From Shigella phage pSb-1, in sequence record KF620435: a stretch of DNA of 64,000 nt. One strand, written 5' to 3'. Of this stretch, positions 51,557 through 60,670 are shown piece after piece. The number at the start of each line of letters is the position of its first letter. Within the stretch, counting starts at the first letter, position 1. Under the pieces are notes generated by a model. The model ran no database searches. It saw nothing but the letters and a program-made list of their open reading frames with translations, and had not been told where the DNA came from. The position numbers and the translations under genes were made by a program.

Positions 51557-51783
51557 CTCATTAATAGAGAACATAGTCCTGATTGCATTGCACTCTAAAG
51601 ACAATGCCGGTGAGACAGTCCGGCACTCTAGTTATTGTAAACATGCCTATCGATATGAGTATGAGCAGACTATAATGCTCAAATACAGTTATCTATTATC
51701 GGACTATCAATCCTGTTTGCTGGTACAAGCACCAGTGGTAATAGTTAACTGGCCTAGCCTCGTTAGCTGCGTTAAAGCTACTA

Positions 51784-51813
51784 AGTCCCTCTTCGGAGGG
51801 ACTTTTTTATTTG
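51784..51813 (+). terminator. intrinsic terminator (AGTCCCTC-TTCG-GAGGGACT + T-tract)
   Basis: 8-bp stem, TTCG loop, TTTTTTATTT. Confidence 0.75.
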
Positions 51814-52240
51814 AGTATTAATAATTGGACATTCACTATGATTGACCTAATCTCTACTCCGTATGCCTATGAGGTAACGGATAACCGAGGGCACAAGTAC
51901 TTGGTATTTGCAGGTAGCGTAGCCTATAACAACGCAGTCATGTTTAAGTACAAACTCAAACCACTCTATGAGGCTAATAATGGAATTTGATGATTTAGAT
52001 TTTGAAGCTATCGAAAAAGCGAACCAAGCAAAACTGGAACAAGCTAACCGTGAAGCTGAAGAACTGGAAAATGCCAAAGATAACAATGAATGTACAAGTG
52101 GTGGTTGCACTATCTAGTACAAAAGCGTAAGGTGGTTTTTACCGAAAGGTACTGAACTACCCGACAAAGTAGTAAGGCTTAAAAAGCCAAAACAAAACAA
52201 GCCCTCCTAGTGAGGGCTTTCTCATTTATAGGAAAATAGC

Positions 52241-52474
52241 ATGACACAAGTATCTATTACCTCTGTTGTTCGTGAGGCCATTCTCAACAATACTGTTCGT
52301 ACATATTCATTTGATGAAATCGCGGAGAAACTTGGAGTAACTCGTTACGTAGCTAAGAAACTTTACTTCTCGTTCCTGTGGTTCCCTTCCGAAGAAACAT
52401 TACGGAAGATTAAAGAGACTGGTAAATTTCCAAGCGAAGGGCGTAAGCCTAAGATGTGGAGAAAATGTGACTAA
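52241..52474 (+). CDS. hypothetical small protein
   Basis: 77-aa ORF after tRNA region. Confidence 0.35.
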   Translation: MTQVSITSVVREAILNNTVRTYSFDEIAEKLGVTRYVAKKLYFSFLWFPSEETLRKIKETGKFPSEGRKPKMWRKCD

Positions 52475-52510
52475 ATCATTTACAGCACATCAAGTATGAG
52501 TATTAGTAGA

Positions 52511-52536
52511 AGCCCCTCTAATGAGGGGCTTTTTCA
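52511..52536 (+). terminator. terminator at convergence of plus and minus blocks (AGCCCCTC-TAAT-GAGGGGCT + T-tract)
   Basis: 8-bp GC-rich stem followed by TTTTTCATTT. Confidence 0.65.
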
Positions 52537-52563
52537 TTTAGTTAGTGAGGTTGAGCCACGGGT

Positions 52564-55500
52564 TCAGGGTATGGGCACGTAAGCCTTGTCCGAAACCGAA
52601 TGAGTAACCGAGGTTGCCTGTGCAGCAATACTAAAGATGTTGTCCTGAATAGGCAAACCAACGTTACCAAACATGGTAGGAGTTGGAGCCAACATAGCCA
52701 TAGCAGCATGTACTGGGTTATTACGAATCATGGACACTGCAACTTTTGCAGAACGAATCTTAAAGTTGTAGAACCACATTAAACCAACACTTTCCATATA
52801 CCCACGGAATCGACCAGGTAAACGGTCATAGTTAATGAACTCTTCCGTTACACGTCCCAGTGCTTCTTCACGAGTCTTACCTTTACGCTGGGTCAATTCA
52901 TCATAGATGATTGCTTTAGCGATAAAGTCAGAGTACTCAACCGTTTTCTGGATACCCTGGAATAGAGCAGTATCCTTAGTGAAAAGTGCATAACGACCTG
53001 CGTTACGTACAGACTTAGGCAGCTTATCAGCTAGCTTATCCATGTATTCGTGAAGTTTACCTTCAGTAATCAGGATGTCATCACGACCAATACCAGCATC
53101 TGCAATTGAAGAGAACTCACCAGCTTCTAACAGAGGCCAGATACTCAAACGCTTATGGCTATCCGTAATGGACTGAATCTCAGCCTTAAGTTTACGAATC
53201 TGGTTCGGGTTAGTAGCTGCACGTAATTCTGCTTCTGCATCTACCTGACGAAGTCGAGATTTCAGGTACTGGTTAATCTCAGCAGTCTTCTGTGGAATGC
53301 TCTTAGCAATGTTCTTAACAGGTACACCACGAGCAACCATCTGGTAAAGGTTAGCCAAGAAGTTAACAGCAGGTACAATCACTGACTTAACTACAATCAG
53401 GGTCTTAGCTTCTTTAACTAAGTTTTGAACCAGATTCTCACCACCCATTACATACTTATAGGCACGGTTGCCAAATACACCCAACATAGCTTTCTTGAAG
53501 GTATCCAGTGTTTCTGGGGACCAACGAGAATTACCAGACCAGGCATCCCCAACAGAAGCTGCACGATAACCCAGAGCATCATTCAGCATGTCACGACGTA
53601 CCCACAACTCACCTGGGCCAAACAGACTTTCTGCTTTCTGACGTGTTTCACTGTTCATCAGCTTAAGAGCATCAGCAGTCACTGGGTCCAGTTTGGAACC
53701 AAGAAGGTTCACGTACTGGGACTTATTAGAAGCAGACATCTTAATGTCGTTCTCATACATGCTATACAGGTTCTCAATTAGCATATCGTTGAAACGCTGA
53801 GCCTTAGCCTCTTCTACCTGACGACCACGCCATACACCGATTGCACGGGCAAGATGGTTTTCACCCTCGATGTGCTTCAGCATATTAGGGTCAATGGATT
53901 GCTCGTAAGCAACCACATTACCATTGGCATCATATACAGGCAGGAGTGGTTCATTACCACGTTCACCACGAGCCAGTGCTTTAGTGATACGGTCTACGGA
54001 AGGCTTGTCAGTGATACGACCAGCTACCATGGTTCCCATAGTAAAGCCTGTACCAAGGTCTACACCACCAGCAGTATTGCGAACGTTCTGTAAGATACCT
54101 TGGGAGAACGGAGCCTGTGCCTGTACTGGTGCAAAGTAGTAGCTACGTGCCGGTCCACGATTAGCAGAGCTACCTTGATAAGTGCCCAGTCGTACATAGG
54201 ATTTTTCAATCAAATCAGCAAACTGACTATCTTCAGCAACAATCAGGTTAACACCTTGTTTGTTCTCACCGGGAATATACCCTTTGTACTGGTTCAGGGT
54301 TGCACGGCTATCAGACTTGGCTTTAGCCATTTCATCTTTACGCTGACCAACCAGGTAAGAAGTAGCAAAGTCCATGCCTTCAATTTCTGTCTGAGCCAGT
54401 GAAGATAACATCTCACGGTCAGTCTTATTCATTGCTTCCAGTGCATACAGGGTAATGAGTTTATCCAGTTGAGCTACGTCTACAGTAGAACGTGTAGTCT
54501 TACGTTCACCCAGCAAGCGAGAAATTGCAGTAGCATTACGCAGCAGGTTATTACCGACTGTACCGTTAATCATGTACTGAGCCAGTTGCTTAGATTTACG
54601 GCTAATCAGGGGCCAGTTACGCCCTGCTTGTTTCTGCAAATCTGCTTCCAGTTTATTAACTTCACGGTCAACAATCTTCTGGTCAGTCAGCAAGTCACGG
54701 ATTTCAGCCAGAGACATAGTATCACGCAGGACAGCTAAGTCAGTTTTACCCATGCCAGTATGCATTGCTTTCCACTCTTCATTAGTCAGTTTACGACTGA
54801 ACTTAGATGCGATAGTGGTAGGCAAGTGTTCACGGAACTGTTGACGGTCAGCTTGTACCTGTGCACGAACTGCCTTAATCAAATCGTATACAGAAGCATT
54901 GCTCTTAGTACGTCCAATTATGTCATTAACCAGGTCATGGAAAGGTTGCCATACTTTACCCTGGTTCATTGCAGCCATAACACCTTCCGCTACGATTGAA
55001 CCATTCTTCTCTGTAGCAATAGCAGCTATCAGTTGTGCAGCATGAGCAGCACCTTTAACCAACGGGTTTTTGGTATTAGCTGCAACTTCACGAGCACCTT
55101 CCAATGCACGGGTAGACAGTACATCAATAGAGTCCACCAGATACTGGTTAGCACGGTCAATAGCATTACCGGTAGGAGTAGCAACGGAATCATAGAAGGA
55201 CTCTGCATTAAGACTGGTCTGCATGATTGTCTGAGCCAGTGCATCCATACCTTCCTGTACGTTAGTGGCTTTAGTATCACCTGCTACACGAGCATTCAGA
55301 CTAGCCATTGCAGCAGTACCGATGTTAGTCAGCATTGCATCAACGGTATTACCTGATTTCTTATCTGCTTTCATAACAGGAATGTCAGCCAGTACTTTAC
55401 GTACCTCTTCACTTACCATTGCCAGGCCAACAAAGGTAGGCAGTAAGGAAGAACGACCCTGTGCATCAAACTCAATGTTGTTAGCACCCATGATGGTATC

Positions 55501-56250
55501 GAACCTCTGCTGTGCATAATAACGGTCAGCAGGGTTAGTACTATCTGGGTCAGACATGAACGCTTCAACAGTCAGGTTCTTAGTAACATGTGTGTAGTAT
55601 TCCTGTGCACGAGCCAAAGCAGCTGGATTAATAGCAGCCTCGGTAGCCAGTGCAGCAACAATATTAGTGAAGAGACGTTGTTCCTGCATATTCATAGTGA
55701 AACCATGAGCCTGAACATCACGAGTTACTTTAGTTGCATTCACTACTGCATCAGAGAACTTACCTTTACGAATTACTTGCTGTACTGGCTCTGAACCAAT
55801 GTAGTCAGTAATCAGCTTATCGAAGGTCTTACCTAGCTCTTCCAGACGGGTATTGTCACCGTATGCTTTGTTATGGAACAGAGTAGTGTCTTTGGCTACA
55901 GCAGCAGTAGGAGCTTGTCCACGCATAACTACAGCAGAGTTAAACAGTAAGCCAGAGAACATATCATCTGCATTAGCAGGAGCTTTCTTACGTCCAAATA
56001 TCAGACGTTTGATTGCTTCATATACAGCCTGAACCATAGTTTTAAGTGCAGTGGTTTTCTTCTGCTTACTAATAAGTTCACGGTTAGTTAAGCCCCAAGC
56101 CATGTACTCATTCAGTGCAGCAGCTTTAGCCATTGCTGGTTCAATGAAGCCATTAGACAAGTGACCATTAATGGTATTCAGTGCATCAGCATATGCTTCA
56201 CGTACTGCCGGAGATTCATCCTTAACATCCAGAGAACGGAACTGGTTCAT
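52564..56250 (-). CDS. virion RNA polymerase (vRNAP), C-terminal region
   Basis: 1228-aa ORF whose start overlaps the stop of the polymerase-core ORF (TGATG) with 1-nt frame offset. Confidence 0.6.
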   Translation of the reverse strand: MNQFRSLDVKDESPAVREAYADALNTINGHLSNGFIEPAMAKAAALNEYMAWGLTNRELISKQKKTTALKTMVQAVYEAIKRLIFGRKKAPANADDMFSGLLFNSAVVMRGQAPTAAVAKDTTLFHNKAYGDNTRLEELGKTFDKLITDYIGSEPVQQVIRKGKFSDAVVNATKVTRDVQAHGFTMNMQEQRLFTNIVAALATEAAINPAALARAQEYYTHVTKNLTVEAFMSDPDSTNPADRYYAQQRFDTIMGANNIEFDAQGRSSLLPTFVGLAMVSEEVRKVLADIPVMKADKKSGNTVDAMLTNIGTAAMASLNARVAGDTKATNVQEGMDALAQTIMQTSLNAESFYDSVATPTGNAIDRANQYLVDSIDVLSTRALEGAREVAANTKNPLVKGAAHAAQLIAAIATEKNGSIVAEGVMAAMNQGKVWQPFHDLVNDIIGRTKSNASVYDLIKAVRAQVQADRQQFREHLPTTIASKFSRKLTNEEWKAMHTGMGKTDLAVLRDTMSLAEIRDLLTDQKIVDREVNKLEADLQKQAGRNWPLISRKSKQLAQYMINGTVGNNLLRNATAISRLLGERKTTRSTVDVAQLDKLITLYALEAMNKTDREMLSSLAQTEIEGMDFATSYLVGQRKDEMAKAKSDSRATLNQYKGYIPGENKQGVNLIVAEDSQFADLIEKSYVRLGTYQGSSANRGPARSYYFAPVQAQAPFSQGILQNVRNTAGGVDLGTGFTMGTMVAGRITDKPSVDRITKALARGERGNEPLLPVYDANGNVVAYEQSIDPNMLKHIEGENHLARAIGVWRGRQVEEAKAQRFNDMLIENLYSMYENDIKMSASNKSQYVNLLGSKLDPVTADALKLMNSETRQKAESLFGPGELWVRRDMLNDALGYRAASVGDAWSGNSRWSPETLDTFKKAMLGVFGNRAYKYVMGGENLVQNLVKEAKTLIVVKSVIVPAVNFLANLYQMVARGVPVKNIAKSIPQKTAEINQYLKSRLRQVDAEAELRAATNPNQIRKLKAEIQSITDSHKRLSIWPLLEAGEFSSIADAGIGRDDILITEGKLHEYMDKLADKLPKSVRNAGRYALFTKDTALFQGIQKTVEYSDFIAKAIIYDELTQRKGKTREEALGRVTEEFINYDRLPGRFRGYMESVGLMWFYNFKIRSAKVAVSMIRNNPVHAAMAMLAPTPTMFGNVGLPIQDNIFSIAAQATSVTHSVSDKAYVPIP

Positions 56251-59200
56251 CAGGTCTTCAATATTCTGAACGGCTTCATTAGGAGTGCTTCATAATGAGC
56301 CAGTACAGATTCAAAGGTAGAAGCATGTACCAATTCATGAACCAGAGTCTCTAAGGAAGGGGTAACTAAGTAGATGGTCTTATCTTCAAAGTTAGTCCAG
56401 CCATATGCATTACCAGCTTCAGCAGCTTCAATATCTTCCGGTGCTGGACGAGTAATATTCTTCTCAATAGCGTAGGCATCCAGTTGAGAAGGTGTACCGT
56501 AAACAACCTTGTAGTCTTTAGCAGCAAGGGATTTCTGTATTTCTTTCAATACTGCTTGCTGTTCAGGAGACATCTCTTTAGCCAGCTTAGTAATAGCAGT
56601 ATTAGATAGCAGACGTACACCGGACTTCAGTACACGACCTACTTGTTCCATTGCTGGTACTTCTGCCACCGGCACTTCTTTCACTGGTTCTGCTTTAACT
56701 GATTCCTCTTTCGTACCTCGTACTGCATCACGACGTTTGTTTAATTCAGCATCAAACAGTTCGTTCAGCTTAGCTACTTGCTGGTCTACAGTCAGACCTT
56801 CAAGAGAGATTTTACCGTTGTTCACATAAGGAGCACCAACAGCAGCCATCTGGTCAACTGTGACTTGTACCTGGTCCATTACCTTGTGACGAATATCCAC
56901 ACCCAGAGCAATGTTACGCAGGTTACGCTCAATCAATGCAATACCAGAATCTTTAATCATAGAAATTTTATAATCTCTATCACCATCTACTCTGGCAATA
57001 TGAGTACGTTGCTCAAAGTCTAAAGCAGACTTCGCAATAGCATCTATTGCTGAATCGGACAACTTATTTAAATCAACATTCTTAGCAAACTTAGAAAAAG
57101 ACTCATATACATTCTTGATAGGGTTGCCCTGCCAGGAAGTATATACAGCCTCGTTAGCTTTACGGCTTGCATCAGTAATGTCATTAATACCAATGTTCAT
57201 ACCATCAAAGATTTTAAGGGTATTCTTTGGAGCACCTTTCATAGTAGAAAGAGTCTGCATCATCATGCCATCACCAGTACCGATGGTCATAAATGGAATA
57301 CCTGCAACCCCTGCCTGTGAAGGAGCATAGATGCTCATTGGCACACGCATACGGTCATCTAAGTTGGTAGCCAGTACTTGGTTAGCAACATCAGTGTTCT
57401 CACTGCCAGCAATGTAGAAAGTCTGTGAACCAGTCTCAATCATTGGAGCCAGTGGAGATAAGCTATTCTGGATTTCATTCAGTTCTTTCTGTGTTAAGAA
57501 ATCACCTTTCTTCCATGTTGGGTCTTTTTCTTTTTCTGCCAGTTTAGCCTGTACAGCCTGTTGGAACATATCCTGCAATACCAGCGACTGAATCTGAGTA
57601 GCCTTCTGTAAGTTTTCAGTAGAGTGCATCAACCCTTCACCAACAGTAAATCGGATACCTTGTCTCATTGGCTCAACGAAGAAATGAAGCATATTCTCTT
57701 GTAAGTTCTTAAGAGCATCACCAGATATGGTAAACTCCTGAGGATCTAACTTACCAGTCAGAACACCATCTACTTCCTTAATGAATAACTTACCTTTACG
57801 CTTAGCTGGAATATTACCAGTCAATGCTTTCATAGAAGTAAGGAAGGTATCCAGCATAGCCTGAGCATCAGCTTCAGAAGCAGCCTCCTTACCAAACATA
57901 GCCATAGCTGGGGAAATGTTAGGGTCAACAGCACGGGCTTTCAGAACGTCGCTTAAGCGTTCATAGATGGTATCAGTAATTGCACTTACCATTTTGCTAG
58001 CAATACCACGAGCACCAGAACCATAGATGGTAATGGTAAGTGGGTTTTTAGCGATACCACGTTTCAGGTCCAGAGTACCATCTTCATTCAGGTTAAAATC
58101 TTTGATGAACAAATCCATTAACTTCTGGAGATGGTTCATCTGGTTTATAACAGGAATATTTTTACTATAAGCATTACGTAGTTCATTCAGATAGAATTGC
58201 AGACTATTGGTAGATGCTTCATACAGGTCAACACTGTCATCCTGTGTATGATGCTCGTTCATAGTCTTACCAGCTTTACCGAAGAACAAACCACCTTTAG
58301 CAGTATTCTTAATCCAGTTAGGAGTGAACTTACCACCAGTCATTAATACCATTGCGTTGATTGGCCCGTTGGTTACACCATCGGCTTCAACGTACAGTGG
58401 AGTATTAAAGTTGGCACGATCATCACTGTTAAGGTAACGGGCATATTCCATAAGAGCCATGAGAGCTACGAATGATTTATCATTCCCCAGAGATGTTCTC
58501 AGGATATCCACTGCATCAGTAGGTAAGTAGCCAGACTTATCAAACTCAACCATCATATCTACAGCAGGTTTCAGCTTACCCTCCAGAGCTTTGGTAAGTT
58601 CTTCTGACATAGCTTCACGGGTCATTTTATGTACTTTGATACCCAATGCCTGAGCCAGTCCAAGCTGGAAGCCAGAGAAATCTTCATTGTTCTGGTTCGA
58701 TAAATCCAGAGTAGCTTTAGTAGGTAAGATAGCCTCACGAACCAGCTTAGCTGATTGAGGGTTATATTTACCTAACATCTGCATACGACCAACACGGGTC
58801 ATATTGTATGCATAGTGAATAGGTACAGAAGAAATGTCTTCACTCTGTGCTCTTACCTGCTCAATAACAGAGAACAGTTGGTTGTAAGAATCCTCTACTG
58901 AACGATTCTTACCTTCCAGGGATTTAGCATGGTTCTTATTAAGTAAATCCTTATCCAGAGTACCTGCACCCATCAGTTCGAGGATACGGTCTTTACCTAA
59001 CGCCTCATAGAACTGAACCATTGGGGTATGCACAAAGAACTCTGTAGCCTGTTCTGCTTTAAGAGCAGCTTTTTGTTCTGGGGTATTACGGACAGCAGGG
59101 TTACGTAACTGAGTATGAGCTACAGGAGGAATATCATCACCGAGATACAGTTTCTCTACTGGTTCTACAAGAACAGCTTCCTCGATAGCAGTAGGGAATT

Positions 59201-60611
59201 TGTTAATGGCATCATTATCATCTAACTTCTCAATGGTATACAGACCAACAGTCTTGTTAGATTCTGGATCAATCTCAGAAACATCAAGCAAAGTTTCTTT
59301 AACTTCACCCATTTCAATGAGAGAAGACAGAATTTCTGTAGCCATTGCCATAGGGATACCCTTGGTATAACCCAATGGTGCATCAGCATTACGATTAAGC
59401 CCCCAATAAGATTCAATCTTTTGAGCCAGAGAGTTAGTAGCCTCTACTAAGGTTTGAGCATTATCAAACTCTGCTAGGATACCTTCTGGTAACAAGGAAG
59501 CATTTACACCAGTAATTGCAGCCACATCCTGCATGTCTTTAATGGCAGCATTCTGTGTAGCAGTCAGTCGCCATTGCAAACCAGCGAGTACAGCAGTCTC
59601 TAATAACTGGTCATTGAACTTAAAGGTATCACCGTCTTTCTCAACGATATTCAGCAGTTTGCCTCCCACCCAACGGTTAGCCTCAGTACCTTCTGCAAAA
59701 CGTTTACCAACATCCTTATTAGCAAGGAACTTAGCCAGACGGTCAGACAAAGTAGTCTTCAGAGTTTCACCAAACTCAAATAAGTCCTGGTAACGCTTAA
59801 TCACATCACTTGTGAGAGCGTTATTTTCTTTTTGAGTAAATGCTTCAAAGCGAGCAGCAGAAGACAGTGCTTTCTTAACATCAGTCAAAGGAGACTCAGA
59901 ACCAATGGTACGAGACTTAGGTTCTTCTGGTAGAGAAAATGCTTTAAGGAACTGGTTCGGAGTCTTTTCATTGTTATAGACAGGGAACACTGCTTCCATT
60001 CCCGATAGAGGTTTGCCACCAACGGTATAGTCTGCTTTCAGTTGAGCCAGTGATACTTCTTCTTTCTCAACGTTATTGGTATTAAGCCCAGATGTATCTA
60101 CACCAATCTGAATCAGTGCATTGTTTGCTTCTACGAATGATTGAACAGTATTGAATTGTTCAGCAGTTAGCTTCTGATTATCAAACAATTGCAGAGATAC
60201 GAACGGTTGCTCACTACCTTTGTAGAAAGTAGAACGTACAGCACCAGTATCCAGAGACATGTCACGATAACCATCATGACCAAATACATCAGACAGGCTA
60301 ATGTGGTCACCATTGGAACCAACAACAGTACCATCAGCAAAGAGCCAAGGACTCTCTTTACGGTCACCATATTTATTAAGAGTATCTTGGGAAATAGTAT
60401 TCTCTCCCACATAAGCATCTTTTTCCGATTCAGTAGACTGTTCAACGGTAACCTGTTTTTCAGACTGGTTCTCAGGCTCTTTTACAGGCTGTGGTTTAGA
60501 CTCTTTAATAGTAGGTTCTGTTTTAACAGCTTCACTAACAGAGGGTTTAGTCTGTACAGTAGGGGTAACTGGTTCCTGTTTCGTAACAGGAGTTTCATCA
60601 ACCTGATTCAC
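56250..60611 (-). CDS. virion RNA polymerase (N4 gp50-like), catalytic core
   Basis: T7-like single-subunit RNAP motifs: TRVGR (R609), VEADGVTNGPINAM (D744), RGIAKNPLTITIYGSG (K855, Y863), KIFDGMNIG (D1136). Confidence 0.85.
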   Translation of the reverse strand: MNQVDETPVTKQEPVTPTVQTKPSVSEAVKTEPTIKESKPQPVKEPENQSEKQVTVEQSTESEKDAYVGENTISQDTLNKYGDRKESPWLFADGTVVGSNGDHISLSDVFGHDGYRDMSLDTGAVRSTFYKGSEQPFVSLQLFDNQKLTAEQFNTVQSFVEANNALIQIGVDTSGLNTNNVEKEEVSLAQLKADYTVGGKPLSGMEAVFPVYNNEKTPNQFLKAFSLPEEPKSRTIGSESPLTDVKKALSSAARFEAFTQKENNALTSDVIKRYQDLFEFGETLKTTLSDRLAKFLANKDVGKRFAEGTEANRWVGGKLLNIVEKDGDTFKFNDQLLETAVLAGLQWRLTATQNAAIKDMQDVAAITGVNASLLPEGILAEFDNAQTLVEATNSLAQKIESYWGLNRNADAPLGYTKGIPMAMATEILSSLIEMGEVKETLLDVSEIDPESNKTVGLYTIEKLDDNDAINKFPTAIEEAVLVEPVEKLYLGDDIPPVAHTQLRNPAVRNTPEQKAALKAEQATEFFVHTPMVQFYEALGKDRILELMGAGTLDKDLLNKNHAKSLEGKNRSVEDSYNQLFSVIEQVRAQSEDISSVPIHYAYNMTRVGRMQMLGKYNPQSAKLVREAILPTKATLDLSNQNNEDFSGFQLGLAQALGIKVHKMTREAMSEELTKALEGKLKPAVDMMVEFDKSGYLPTDAVDILRTSLGNDKSFVALMALMEYARYLNSDDRANFNTPLYVEADGVTNGPINAMVLMTGGKFTPNWIKNTAKGGLFFGKAGKTMNEHHTQDDSVDLYEASTNSLQFYLNELRNAYSKNIPVINQMNHLQKLMDLFIKDFNLNEDGTLDLKRGIAKNPLTITIYGSGARGIASKMVSAITDTIYERLSDVLKARAVDPNISPAMAMFGKEAASEADAQAMLDTFLTSMKALTGNIPAKRKGKLFIKEVDGVLTGKLDPQEFTISGDALKNLQENMLHFFVEPMRQGIRFTVGEGLMHSTENLQKATQIQSLVLQDMFQQAVQAKLAEKEKDPTWKKGDFLTQKELNEIQNSLSPLAPMIETGSQTFYIAGSENTDVANQVLATNLDDRMRVPMSIYAPSQAGVAGIPFMTIGTGDGMMMQTLSTMKGAPKNTLKIFDGMNIGINDITDASRKANEAVYTSWQGNPIKNVYESFSKFAKNVDLNKLSDSAIDAIAKSALDFEQRTHIARVDGDRDYKISMIKDSGIALIERNLRNIALGVDIRHKVMDQVQVTVDQMAAVGAPYVNNGKISLEGLTVDQQVAKLNELFDAELNKRRDAVRGTKEESVKAEPVKEVPVAEVPAMEQVGRVLKSGVRLLSNTAITKLAKEMSPEQQAVLKEIQKSLAAKDYKVVYGTPSQLDAYAIEKNITRPAPEDIEAAEAGNAYGWTNFEDKTIYLVTPSLETLVHELVHASTFESVLAHYEALLMKPFRILKT

Positions 60612-60670
60612 TGGTTCATTGGTCTGTTGGGATTGAGCAGCATCAAGATTGCCCTGACGGAACTCTTTAA

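Noticed and set aside
51486-51821. 111-aa plus-strand ORF overlapping the tRNA-like region
   Set aside because: It overlaps a tRNA-like element and a terminator hairpin and has no RBS; likely spurious.
53425-55794. Several 60-120-aa plus-strand ORFs inside the vRNAP C-terminal gene
   Set aside because: They are antisense to a long, motif-supported gene and have odd Cys/His-rich composition typical of antisense artefacts.
56250-56330. HExxH (HELVH) zincin-like motif at the C-terminal end of the vRNAP core ORF
   Set aside because: A single HExxH in about 3600 residues is expected by chance and no surrounding metallopeptidase context was seen.
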